DNA of 64,000 bases from the sequence record OW849071.1. One strand, 5' to 3'. Below the pieces are notes generated by a model that was given only the letters and a program-made list of their open reading frames with translations, ran no database searches and was not told the origin of the DNA. Positions 15,436-24,815 of this stretch are shown here, in pieces. The stretch is from a plasmid. Within the stretch, counting starts at the first letter, position 1. The number at the start of each line of letters is the position of its first letter. A program made the translations under genes and the position numbers.

Positions 15436-16869
15436 TTAAATAATACGCTGATACAACAGGTGGAAAGACTTTGCGGCACTTTGCCAGCTAAAATCCATGC
15501 TCATCGCCTGCCGCTGCACGTAACGCCACAGCGAGGGACGCGACCACAGGACACTGGCCCGGTGGATAGCATGTAATAACGATTCCGTCTCGCTGTCGGT
15601 AAACACAAATCCGGTCGCGAGCCCGTCAACAAGGTTTTCGAGCGAACAGTCGGCGACGGTATCCGCCAGTCCGCCGGTACGGCGAACCAGCGGTAATGTG
15701 CCGTAGCGCAGACCATAAAGCTGGGTCAGACCGCAGGGTTCAAAACGGCTGGGCACCAGGATGACGTCGGCGCCGCCAATCATCTGATGCGACAGCGCCT
15801 CGTCGTAGCCGATCCGGATACTCACCTGCCCGGGGTATTGCGCCTCGGCGGTCAGAAAACGGGCCTGCAAATCCGGGTCCCCGGATCCCAGCAGCGCCAG
15901 CTGCCCTCCCTTAGATATAATTCCCGGCAGCGCGCCAAACAGAAGATCCAGCCCCTTCTGGCTGGTCAGCCGGCTCACAACGGTGAACAGCAGCGCCCGA
16001 TCGTCCGCCTTCAGCCCCAGCGACGTCTGCAGCTGCTGCTTGTTCTTCGCTTTCTCCGCCAGTGAATTCTGGTCGTAAGGCGCTGCCAGCAGCGGATCGC
16101 GGCGCGGATCCCAGATATTTTTGTCAACCCCGTTCAGGATCCCCGACAGTCGCCCTTCCCGCTGACGTTGCCGCAGCAGCTCTTCCAGACCAAACGCGTA
16201 CTGTGGTTCGGTAATTTCACGGGCATATGTCGGGCTGACGGTGGTGATATGGTCAGCGAAATAGAGACCCGCCTTAAGGAAGGAGATTTGCCCATTAAAC
16301 TCCACCCCGTGCATCTGGAAGAACGACCACGGTAACGCGATCTCCGCCATATGCCGGGCCTGAAACAACCCCTGATAGGCAATGTTGTGCACCGTAAACA
16401 CCGATTTGGCCGGGTTGCCGCGGGTGGCCAGATAAGCCGGGGTGAGACCCGCGTGCCAGTCATGGGCGTGGACGATTTCAGGACGCCAGAACGGGTCAAG
16501 ACCACCGGCAAGCTCGGCCCCGACCCAGCTCAGCAACGCGAAACGCAGGACGTTATCAGGATAATCCTGCATCTGCTGGTTATGATAAGGATTACCCGTC
16601 CGGTCATAGAGATGCGGGGCATCAATCAGATAGATGCCCACACCGTTAAAATGGCCAAACAGCAGCGTCATCCGCCCGGCGAATGTCTCCCTGCTGGCCA
16701 CCACCTGCGGATCCTGAACCCCGTTGCGGATCGCCGGAAACCCAGGCAGCAGCACGCGGGTATCCAGCCCCTCGGCAATTTGCGCCGCCGGGAGCGCGCC
16801 GGTGACGTCGGCCAGTCCGCCCGTTTTTAACAGCGGGAACATCTCTGCTCCTACATGTAAAACTTGCAT
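15436..16869 (-). CDS. glgA: Glycogen synthase GlgA (477 aa)
   Basis: [30 protein letters not shown]... matches E. coli GlgA in length and motifs. Confidence 0.92.
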   Translation of the reverse strand: MQVLHVGAEMFPLLKTGGLADVTGALPAAQIAEGLDTRVLLPGFPAIRNGVQDPQVVASRETFAGRMTLLFGHFNGVGIYLIDAPHLYDRTGNPYHNQQMQDYPDNVLRFALLSWVGAELAGGLDPFWRPEIVHAHDWHAGLTPAYLATRGNPAKSVFTVHNIAYQGLFQARHMAEIALPWSFFQMHGVEFNGQISFLKAGLYFADHITTVSPTYAREITEPQYAFGLEELLRQRQREGRLSGILNGVDKNIWDPRRDPLLAAPYDQNSLAEKAKNKQQLQTSLGLKADDRALLFTVVSRLTSQKGLDLLFGALPGIISKGGQLALLGSGDPDLQARFLTAEAQYPGQVSIRIGYDEALSHQMIGGADVILVPSRFEPCGLTQLYGLRYGTLPLVRRTGGLADTVADCSLENLVDGLATGFVFTDSETESLLHAIHRASVLWSRPSLWRYVQRQAMSMDFSWQSAAKSFHLLYQRII

Positions 16870-16957
16870 GTATGCTCCTTATTATTCAGCCACAGAGACG
16901 ACCCGCGACAGGGCAATATTTTCTCTGCCGCCGGACACGCTTTTTCCGCAAATGGGC

Positions 16958-18241
16958 TCATACCTCAAGTTTGTCCAGCATTTCTTTGGTAACCAGAACG
17001 ATGCCTTCTTCCGAACGATAAAAGCGTCGCGCATCCTCAACGGCATTTTCGCCAATCACCGTCCCCTCCGGAATAACGCATCCCCGGTCGATCACGCAGC
17101 GTCTTATCCTGCAGGAGCGACCGACCCAGACGCCCGGTAATAAAACCGACGAATCAATATTACAGAACGAGTTAATCCGAACTCTGGAAAATAGAACCGA
17201 CTGCACCACCACCGAGCCAGAAATAATACAGCCGCCGGAGACCAGAGAATTCATGGTCATGCCATGACTGCCGGAACGGTCCTGAACAAATTTGGCGCTG
17301 GGCAGCGATTCGACATAGGTACGGATAGGCCAGTTACGGTCATAAACGTCCAGCTCTGGCACTACTGAGGCTAAATCCAGATTCGCTTTCCAGTACGCCT
17401 CCAGGGTTCCGACATCGCGCCAGTATGGCTCGGCATTATTATCCGACTGAACGCAGGAGCGCGGGAACGGATGCGCATACGCTTCACCTGCCGCCGTTAT
17501 CCTGGGAATAATATCTTTGCCAAAATCATGGGTGGAGTGTTCATCCCGATCGTCGTCTTCCAGCAGCTGGTAGAGATATTCCGCATCAAACACATAAATG
17601 CCCATACTGGCAAGCGAGCGGGTTTCATCGCCAGGAATGGTGGGCGGATTAGCCGGTTTTTCAACAAATTCAATGATTTTGTCATTCTCATCCACGGCCA
17701 TGACGCCAAAAGCGCTTGCCTCTTCAACCGGGACCGGCAGGCAGGCCACGGTACAGCGCGCCCCTTTTTCAACGTGATCGAGCAGCATCCGCGAATAATC
17801 TTGTTTATAGATATGGTCCCCGGCCAGAATAACGACATATTCCGCATCATAGCGGCGGATAATATCCAGATTCTGGGTCACGGCATCCGCCGTCCCCCGA
17901 TACCAGTTCTCACCATGCACCCGCTGCTGCGCCGGTAATAAATCCACGAACTCATTCATTTCTTCGTTAAAGAATGCCCAGCCGCGTTGAATATGCTGCA
18001 CCAGTGAATGGGACTGATATTGTGTAATGACCCCGATACGTCTTATTCCGGAGTTAATACAATTCGATAAAGCAAAATCAATAATTCTGAATTTACCGCC
18101 GAAATGCACCGCAGGTTTTGCGCGAATAGTGGTCAGGTCTTTTAATCGTGTGCCACGTCCGCCGGCGAGGATCAGGGCCACGGATTTAAGCGGTAACTGG
18201 CGCGACAGCATTAAGTTGTCAGTATATTCAAGTTTACTCAT
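16958..18241 (-). CDS. glgC: Glucose-1-phosphate adenylyltransferase GlgC (427 aa)
   Basis: [44 protein letters not shown] is the canonical GlgC N-terminus. Confidence 0.92.
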   Translation of the reverse strand: MSKLEYTDNLMLSRQLPLKSVALILAGGRGTRLKDLTTIRAKPAVHFGGKFRIIDFALSNCINSGIRRIGVITQYQSHSLVQHIQRGWAFFNEEMNEFVDLLPAQQRVHGENWYRGTADAVTQNLDIIRRYDAEYVVILAGDHIYKQDYSRMLLDHVEKGARCTVACLPVPVEEASAFGVMAVDENDKIIEFVEKPANPPTIPGDETRSLASMGIYVFDAEYLYQLLEDDDRDEHSTHDFGKDIIPRITAAGEAYAHPFPRSCVQSDNNAEPYWRDVGTLEAYWKANLDLASVVPELDVYDRNWPIRTYVESLPSAKFVQDRSGSHGMTMNSLVSGGCIISGSVVVQSVLFSRVRINSFCNIDSSVLLPGVWVGRSCRIRRCVIDRGCVIPEGTVIGENAVEDARRFYRSEEGIVLVTKEMLDKLEV

Positions 18242-18370
18242 AATAATGTCCTGCTATTAAATAAAAGCCATAAAAGAAAATAATGAAGAAAAAGCCTCAC
18301 TCTTCTGCAAAATAATTCAGAAGTGATCACCTCCGGTAATAAGTCAGCTGCAATAAATCAGCTGCGCGTT

Positions 18371-20572
18371 TTATTGCCCTGCAGATTCCCGTACCAGCCA
18401 GATTGTCGCCAGCGGCGGCAGAGTCACCGACAGCGAATGCTCCCGACCGTGGCTGGCGATCGCCTCGCTTGCCACGCAGCCGCCGTTGCCGGTGTTGCTC
18501 CCGTGGTAGTGCATCGAGTCGGTGTTCAGCTCTTCACGCCAGCGCCCCGGCTGGTTAATCCCGAAGCGATAGCCGTGACGCGGTACTGGCGTGAAGTTGC
18601 TCGCCACGATTATCTCGTTCCCGGCTTTATCGCGACGGACAAAGATAAACACCGACCGTTCATGGTCATCCACAACAAGCCATTCAAAGCCGTAGGGGTC
18701 AAAATCCAGTTCGTGCAGTGCCTTATGGTGGCGATAGGTATGGTTCAGATCGCGCACCAGACGCTGCACCCCGTGATGCCAGTTGTCGCCCCCTTCCAGC
18801 AGATGCCAGTCGAGGCTGGCGTCGTGGTTCCACTCCCGCCCCTGGGCAAACTCGTTGCCCATAAACAGCAGCTTTTTACCGGGGAAGGCAAACAGCCAGC
18901 CGTAGTAGGCGCGCAGGTTGGCGAACTTCTGCCAGGCATCGCCAGGCATCCGGTCAAGAATCGATTTTTTGCCGTGAACCACTTCATCGTGTGACAGCGG
19001 CAACACGAAGTTTTCGGTGTAGTTGTAGAGCATCCCGAAGGTCATCTTGTCGTGATGATAACGACGATAGATGGGATCGAGCTGCATATAGTCGAGGGTG
19101 TCATGCATCCAGCCGAGGTTCCATTTGAACCAGAAGCCAAGACCGCCCGTCGAAGACGGTCGTGTAACCCCGGCGAAGTCGGTGGACTCCTCCGCCATCG
19201 TGACCGCTCCCGGCGTCTGCTCACCGAGCACACGGTTGGTATTGCGCAGAAATTCAATCGCTTCGAGGTTTTCCCGGCCGCCGTACTCATTGGGCACCCA
19301 CTCCCCCTCTTTGCGGCTGTAGTCGCGGTAGATCATTGACGCAACCGCATCCACGCGCAGGGCGTCGATCCCGAAGCGTTCAATCCAGTACAGCGCGTTC
19401 CCGACCAGAAAGTTGCTGACTTCACGGCGACCGTAGTTGTAGATCAGCGTATTCCAGTCCTGGTGATAACCTTCTCGCGGGTCGCTGTGTTCATACAACG
19501 CGGTGCCGTCGAACGATGCCAGCGCAAAGTCATCCGACGGGAAGTGGCCCGGCACCCAGTCGAGGATCACGTTCAGACCCGCGGCATGGGCAGCATTCAG
19601 GAAGTAGCGGAAGTCTTCACGGGTACCAAAACGGCGGGTCGGCGCGTACAGCCCGGTGGGCTGATAGCCCCAGCTGCCGTCGAACGGATGTTCGTTTACC
19701 GGCAGCAGCTCCAGATGGGTGAAGCCCATCCACTTCGCGTAAGGCACCAGCTGGTCCGCCAGCTCGCGGTAGCTGAGCCAGAAATGGTTATCGGCGTGGC
19801 GGCGCCACGAGCCAAGGTGCACTTCATAAATCGAAATCGGTGCATCAAACTGGTTGGCCTGCTGACGGGACTGTGGCTGTTCGACCTTTTCCGGCATGCC
19901 GCAGATAAGCGACGCGCTTTCCGGGCGCATCTGTGCCTCAAAGGCATACGGGTCGGATTTCACCCGCAGGTGGCCGTGGGCGTCAATCAGCTCGAACTTA
20001 TACAGCTGGCCGTTATGCGCGCCGGGGACAAACAGCTCCCAGATGCCGGACTCTTTGCGCAGACGCATCGGGTGGCGGCGGCCGTCCCAGTAGTTGAACT
20101 GTCCGACCACCGACACACGACGGGCGTTCGGCGCCCAGACGGAAAAACGCGTCCCGGTGACGCCGTCCATGGTGTCGGCATGGGCTCCCAGCGTCTCGTA
20201 GGGCCGCAGATGAGTCCCTTCAGCGAGCAGCCAGGCATCAAGCTCCTGCAGCAGCGGGCCAAAGCGATAGGGGTCGTCAATCAGGTTTTGCTGACCGTGC
20301 CAGGTGACGGCCAGCTGGTAACGAAAAGGATTTTTCCGGCGCGGCAGAACGCCGCTAAAGAACCCGCGTGTGTCGAGGCATTCGAGTTTACCGACTTTGC
20401 GCCCGGTTTTCGGTTCAATCACCCATACATCGGTGGCATCGGGTAATAATGCGCGCACTTCCAGACCCGCATCGGTTGAGTGCATGCCAAGCACGGAAAA
20501 TGGATCGGAACAATGACCTGCGAGAAGTGCGGAGATCGCACTTTTTTCATTATAATCAGACATGGCAGTCAC
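18371..20572 (-). CDS. glgB: 1,4-alpha-glucan branching enzyme GlgB (about 730 aa)
   Basis: ...[16 protein letters not shown]... and GH13 catalytic-region motifs are present. It is collinear with E. coli GlgB. Confidence 0.9.
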   Translation of the reverse strand: MTAMSDYNEKSAISALLAGHCSDPFSVLGMHSTDAGLEVRALLPDATDVWVIEPKTGRKVGKLECLDTRGFFSGVLPRRKNPFRYQLAVTWHGQQNLIDDPYRFGPLLQELDAWLLAEGTHLRPYETLGAHADTMDGVTGTRFSVWAPNARRVSVVGQFNYWDGRRHPMRLRKESGIWELFVPGAHNGQLYKFELIDAHGHLRVKSDPYAFEAQMRPESASLICGMPEKVEQPQSRQQANQFDAPISIYEVHLGSWRRHADNHFWLSYRELADQLVPYAKWMGFTHLELLPVNEHPFDGSWGYQPTGLYAPTRRFGTREDFRYFLNAAHAAGLNVILDWVPGHFPSDDFALASFDGTALYEHSDPREGYHQDWNTLIYNYGRREVSNFLVGNALYWIERFGIDALRVDAVASMIYRDYSRKEGEWVPNEYGGRENLEAIEFLRNTNRVLGEQTPGAVTMAEESTDFAGVTRPSSTGGLGFWFKWNLGWMHDTLDYMQLDPIYRRYHHDKMTFGMLYNYTENFVLPLSHDEVVHGKKSILDRMPGDAWQKFANLRAYYGWLFAFPGKKLLFMGNEFAQGREWNHDASLDWHLLEGGDNWHHGVQRLVRDLNHTYRHHKALHELDFDPYGFEWLVVDDHERSVFIFVRRDKAGNEIIVASNFTPVPRHGYRFGINQPGRWREELNTDSMHYHGSNTGNGGCVASEAIASHGREHSLSVTLPPLATIWLVRESAGQ

Positions 20573-20935
20573 CCTACTATCATCCTGCGGAAAGAATTAA
20601 AACGCCTCTTCCTGCTTTATTGATCCGGTAATATTCCGCTGCATGCTACGCATCGAAATATCAACACGTTATTCCAGAGCCTTAAGACATGTCGGTTGTC
20701 CACAAATAGAGAGTGATTAACCTCCTGAGAAGTGAGTTAAATGCGCTGTACGACTTCTGTATTATCTGTCTTCAGAATAATTACTCCTGATTTTCTTTCT
20801 GTGAGTAAACACTCATTTCTATATTAATGGGGAAACTAATTTTTATTTCGTCACGAATGATGAGTTTCCTTCTGCTGAATTCGTCAGATCGTATATAAAA
20901 AAAGGCTTTGTTGAATAAATCGAACTTTTGCTGAG

Positions 20936-21856
20936 TTGAAGGATCAGATCACGTATCTTCCCGACAACGCAGACCGTTCCGTGGCAAAGCAAAAGTTCAA
21001 AATCACCAACTGGCCCACCTACAATAAAGCCCTCATCAACCGTGGCTCCATAACTTTCTGGCTGGATGATGAAGCTATTCAGGCCTGGTATGAGTCAGCA
21101 ACACCTTCTTCACGAGGCAGACCTCAGCGCTATTCTGACCTTGCCATCACGACTGTGCTGGTCATTAAACGCGTATTCAGGCTGACCCTGCGCGCTGCGC
21201 AGGGCTTTATTGATTCCATTTTTTCTCTGATGAACGTTCCGCTACGCTGCCCGGATTACAGCTGTGTCAGCAGGCAGGCAAAGTCGGTTAATGTCAGTTT
21301 CAAAACGCCCACCCGGGGTGAAATCGCACACCTGGTAATTGATTCCACCGGGCTGAAGGTCTTCGGTGAAGGCGAGTGGAAAGTCAAAAAGCATGGCCAG
21401 GAACGCCGCCGTATCTGGCGTAAGCTGCATCTCGCCGTTGACAGTAAAACACATGAAATCATCTGCGCTGACCTGTCGCTGAACAATGTGACGGACTCAG
21501 AAGCCTTCCCGGGTCTTATCCGGCAGACTCACAGAAAAATCAGGGCAGCATCGGCAGACGGCGCTTACGACACCCGGCTCTGTCACGATGAACTGCGGCG
21601 TAAGAAAATCAGCGCGCTTATCCCTCCCCGAAAAGGTGCGGGTTACTGGCCCGGTGAATATGCAGACCGTAACCGTGCAGTGGCTAATCAGCGAATGACC
21701 GGGAGTAATGCGCGGTGGAAATGGACAACAGATTACAACCGTCGCTCGATAGCGGAAACGGCGATGTACCGGGTAAAACAGCTGTTCGGGGGTTCACTGA
21801 CGCTGCGTGACTACGATGGTCAGGTTGCGGAGGCTATGGCCCTGGTACGAGCGCTG
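20936..21856 (+). pseudogene. IS903-type transposase interrupted near its C-terminus by IS1
   Basis: MKDQITYLPDNADRSVAKQKFKITNWPTYNKALINRGS... is IS903 Tnp. Its C-terminal 17 codons lie displaced beyond the IS1. Confidence 0.85.
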
Positions 21857-22624
21857 GGTAATGCTGCCAACTTACTGATTTAGTGTATGATGGTGATTTT
21901 AAGGTGCTTGCGTGGCTTCCATTTCCATCAGATGTCCTTCCTGCTCCGCTACTGAAGGCGTGGTGCGTAACGGCAAAAGCACTGCCGGACATCAGCGCTA
22001 TCTCTGCTCTCATTGCCGTAAAACATGGCAACTACAGTTCACTTACACCGCCTCTCAGCCCGGTACGCACCAGAAAATCATTGATATGGCCATGAATGGC
22101 GTCGGATGTCGCGCCAGTGCACGCATTATGGGCGTTGGCCTCAACACGGTTTTACGTCACTTAAAAAACTCAGGCCGCAGTCGGTAACCTCGCGCATACA
22201 ACCGGGCAGTGATGTGATTGTCTGCGCTGAAATGGACGAACAGTGGGGCTACGTCGGTGCTAAATCACGTCAGCGCTGGCTGTTTTACGCGTATGACAGG
22301 ATACGGAGGACGGTTGTGGCGCACGTCTTCGGTGAACGCACTCTGGCCACACTGGAGCGTCTTCTGAGCCTGCTGTCGGCCTTTGAGGTCGTGGTATGGA
22401 TGACGGATGGCTGGCCGCTGTATGAATCCCGCCTGAAGGGAAAGCTGCACGTTATCAGCAAGCGTTACACTCAGCGCATTGAGCGACATAACCTGAATCT
22501 GCGACAACATCTGGCAAGGCTGGGACGGAAGTCACTGTCGTTCTCAAAATCGGTGGAGCTGTATGACAAGGTCATCGGGCATTATCTGAACATAAAACAC
22601 TATCAGTAAGTTGGAGTCATTACC
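21857..22624 (+). mobile_element. IS1 copy 2 (768 bp) with a 9-bp target duplication CGAGCGCTG, with insA (21912-22187) and insB (22106-22609) on the plus strand
   Basis: The ends are GGTAATGCTGCCAACTTACTGAT and TAAGTTGGAGTCATTACC. CGAGCGCTG is present on both sides. Confidence 0.93.
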
Positions 22625-22737
22625 CGAGCGCTGAACAAAATGACGAAAGCAGGTATGCCTGAAAGCGTGCGTATTGCCTGAAAACACAACCCGCTACGGG
22701 GGAGACTTACCCGAAATCTGATTTATTCAACAAAGCC

Positions 22738-23204
22738 CCCACCTGACAGATATAAAACCGCATCCAAACGGTAACGCGGTTCAGAGACGAGATATTATAG
22801 GTACCAATGGTGGAAAATCAGATTTTTGGAAGCGTGTATTAGAAGACTATAAAACAAGACAAGTTGTTTTTGATGCGAAAAATTTTGAAGAATTAGGCCC
22901 ATCTGAGTACAGACAATTACAATCATATTTAACAGGTCCGTATGGAAAATTAGGATTTATTATTAATAGAGAAGAAAGTGAGGCATTGAAATCAGGGAGA
23001 GATTTGGATTGGACAAAAGAAATGTATCAATCTCATAATTCATTAATAATAAAATTACCTGCGAAATATATATCTAAATTGTTGCAAAAATTAAGAAATC
23101 CTGAGAAGCATGACGCTATAGATAGTCAGATGGGGAAACTTTTAACTCTATATGAAACATCATATATGGCTATTAAAAGTACTCAAAAGAAACGAAGAAA
23201 ATAG
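22738..23204 (+). pseudogene. 5'-truncated ORF (155 codons open from the IS903 boundary; no start codon); C-terminal fragment of a possible PD-(D/E)xK-type nuclease
   Basis: The frame is open from 22738. It contains ...RRDIIGTNGG...VVFDAKNF... (a D...DxK-like pattern) and RNPEKH. It is AT-rich. Confidence 0.4.
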
Positions 23205-23489
23205 CATCAGTTACATCATATGAGAGGGTTCCTGAAAAGGAATTTTCTCATATTTTATTATAAATCAATAATATATATCCTTAGCGTACGTTTTCGTTCC
23301 ATTGGACCTCAAACCCCACATATAGCGTCACTGTCAGCTGGAAACACCGCTACATCTTGTGTTGCGGGGCCGCTGTGCGCCGGGGGCAGGAACGAAGATC
23401 CGGAAATACCGGTTTTCGGATCTGAGGCAACGAGAAAGGACACTGTTGATAGATGGACAATAATTATTTCAATTATTGAATATTATGCA

Positions 23490-23570
23490 AAAATGTAAGA
23501 CGGCAATCTTTACATTAAAAGTAAAGCAAAAGAGATTTACAATCTCATGTAAAGCAGATAAGCTTTACAT
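23490..23570 (+). promoter_or_regulatory. Palindromic operator-like cluster upstream of the RHH-domain gene
   Basis: CTTTAC-attaaaa-GTAAAG is at 23508-23526. TTTACA-atctca-TGTAAA is at 23536-23553. An extra CTTTACAT is at 23563-23570, just ahead of the RBS AAGGAG (23584-23589). Confidence 0.5.
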
Positions 23571-23595
23571 CTCCAACCGGTTAAGGAGCTTATGT

Positions 23596-24600
23596 ATGGC
23601 TATGGTCAATGCCCGCATCGATGACGAGCTGAAAGCCCGGGTCGATGCAGTACTTCAGCGCAGGAATATAACGGTCACCCAGAATATGACAGATCTGTAC
23701 CGTTATATTGATCAGCATGAGCAGTCACCCTTTTTGCCAGCCCCTCGGCCGCACACTGCCGGCGATGTTGTGGCAAAGTGCTGTTCTGATTTGATGAATA
23801 TCCGCGATGCACTGCTGCTTATCCGCGGCCATGCGGAGCGCCAGGCTGGCACCGGGGAGATGGCTTCACTTTATCAGTTATTTACCCGTTCCCGCCTGGC
23901 GTTTGCCGATGGGCTGTGCTGGCTGCACAGTGCCCCGGCGTTGCCCTTCACAGTTGACCGGCTGCTGTTGCCCCTGGCTCAGGTTCAGGCGCAGATCGCA
24001 GAGTGTGATATTGCGCTGGGTGGCGGAAGCCGCGATGCTCTGGTGCTTTCTGATGATGCGTTAAGCAAGCTCGCAGCCAATTTTAACGAGCTCGATAAAG
24101 TGGTGATAAGCCTGTGTGAAAAGGTTGGGGTGCTCCGCCGGCTTCCGCCTGTAGTAACTGAAGAACAGCGCTTTGATGGGGAGTTCTGTACCGTCTTCAC
24201 GAAAGATGTCAGCTTTCCGGGAAATGTTGAAGTCATTATCCACCTGCGTCCCGATCTGCTCCGCCTATTAACTCCTCACCTGAAAGAAGCGATTTGCTGC
24301 CCTCGAATTCCTGGATGGACTCCTGGTGTTGATATTAATAGCGGTTTTAACACATACATCCCAGCACCGGCGGATTATTTTCAGAAGATGGACTCCATTA
24401 CAGCTGTTGCAATGGCACCGGCAGGAGGAGCGATGGGAGTATGCGGTCTTCTTTTTGTTCAGGGTGAAACAAGGATCCATTACTGGTCGGAGAAATCTGC
24501 TCAGGTCAACCCTGTCTCCCGCGACATGCTGTCAGAGGCAGTCTGCGTGAAAATCGAAAATCATATCCGAAACATTCTTCAGGGCTCTGACACTAAATGA
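23596..24600 (+). CDS. Hypothetical 334-aa protein with an N-terminal RelB/DinJ-like ribbon-helix-helix domain fused to an about 290-aa uncharacterised domain
   Basis: The RBS AAGGAG lies 7 nt upstream. The N-terminus MAMVNARIDDELKARVDAVLQRRNITVTQNMTDLYRYI resembles DinJ/RelB antitoxin RHH. The ORF-track start at 23476 is upstream read-through. The stop overlaps the next start (ATGA). Confidence 0.6.
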   Translation: MAMVNARIDDELKARVDAVLQRRNITVTQNMTDLYRYIDQHEQSPFLPAPRPHTAGDVVAKCCSDLMNIRDALLLIRGHAERQAGTGEMASLYQLFTRSRLAFADGLCWLHSAPALPFTVDRLLLPLAQVQAQIAECDIALGGGSRDALVLSDDALSKLAANFNELDKVVISLCEKVGVLRRLPPVVTEEQRFDGEFCTVFTKDVSFPGNVEVIIHLRPDLLRLLTPHLKEAICCPRIPGWTPGVDINSGFNTYIPAPADYFQKMDSITAVAMAPAGGAMGVCGLLFVQGETRIHYWSEKSAQVNPVSRDMLSEAVCVKIENHIRNILQGSDTK

Positions 24601-24777
24601 CCAACAGAAAAGCAATTCCTGACAAAGTTCAGGCTAAGATAATGGACAAAAGCGCGGCGCGGTGCGCTATCTGTTACAGCACGCGGATGAATACCGATGT
24701 GGTGTATCCCGTTCCTGGCTTCCAGAGTGCACACATTGACCAAAACGCCGCCAACTGCGCGGAGAATAATCTATACC
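24597..24777 (+). pseudogene. HNH-like endonuclease gene, 3'-truncated after about 59 codons by a Tn3-family IR
   Basis: ...RCAICYSTRMNTDVVYPVPGFQSAHIDQNAANCAENN fits the CxxC...AHI(D)...N HNH-like N-terminal pattern. The ORF tail is read from the transposon IR. Confidence 0.45.
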
Positions 24778-24815
24778 GGGGTTCGAGGTTCAATCGTGTA
24801 AAAAACCACGTTAAG
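24778..24815 (+). repeat. 38-bp terminal inverted repeat of a Tn3-subfamily transposon (GGGGTTCGAGGTTCAATCGTGTAAAAAACCACGTTAAG)
   Basis: It is GGGG...ACGTTAAG Tn3-like, and the tnpA stop codon lies inside it, as in Tn3. Confidence 0.7.

Larger units (their letters stand above)
20904..22737 (+). mobile_element. IS903B (IS5 family) interrupted by a nested IS1 (1057 + 768 + 9 bp)
   Basis: IRL is GGCTTTGTTGAATAAATCG at 20904. IRR (...GATTTATTCAACAAAGCC) ends at 22737. The tnp ORF 20936-21856 continues at 22625-22690 (RALNKMTKAGMPESVRIA). No 9-bp direct repeats flank the IS903. Confidence 0.9.

Noticed and set aside
23220-23498. 92-aa ORF between the truncated nuclease-like gene and the RHH-domain gene
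   Set aside because: It is low complexity, overlaps the operator and promoter cluster of the downstream gene, and has no RBS. It is more likely non-coding regulatory DNA.
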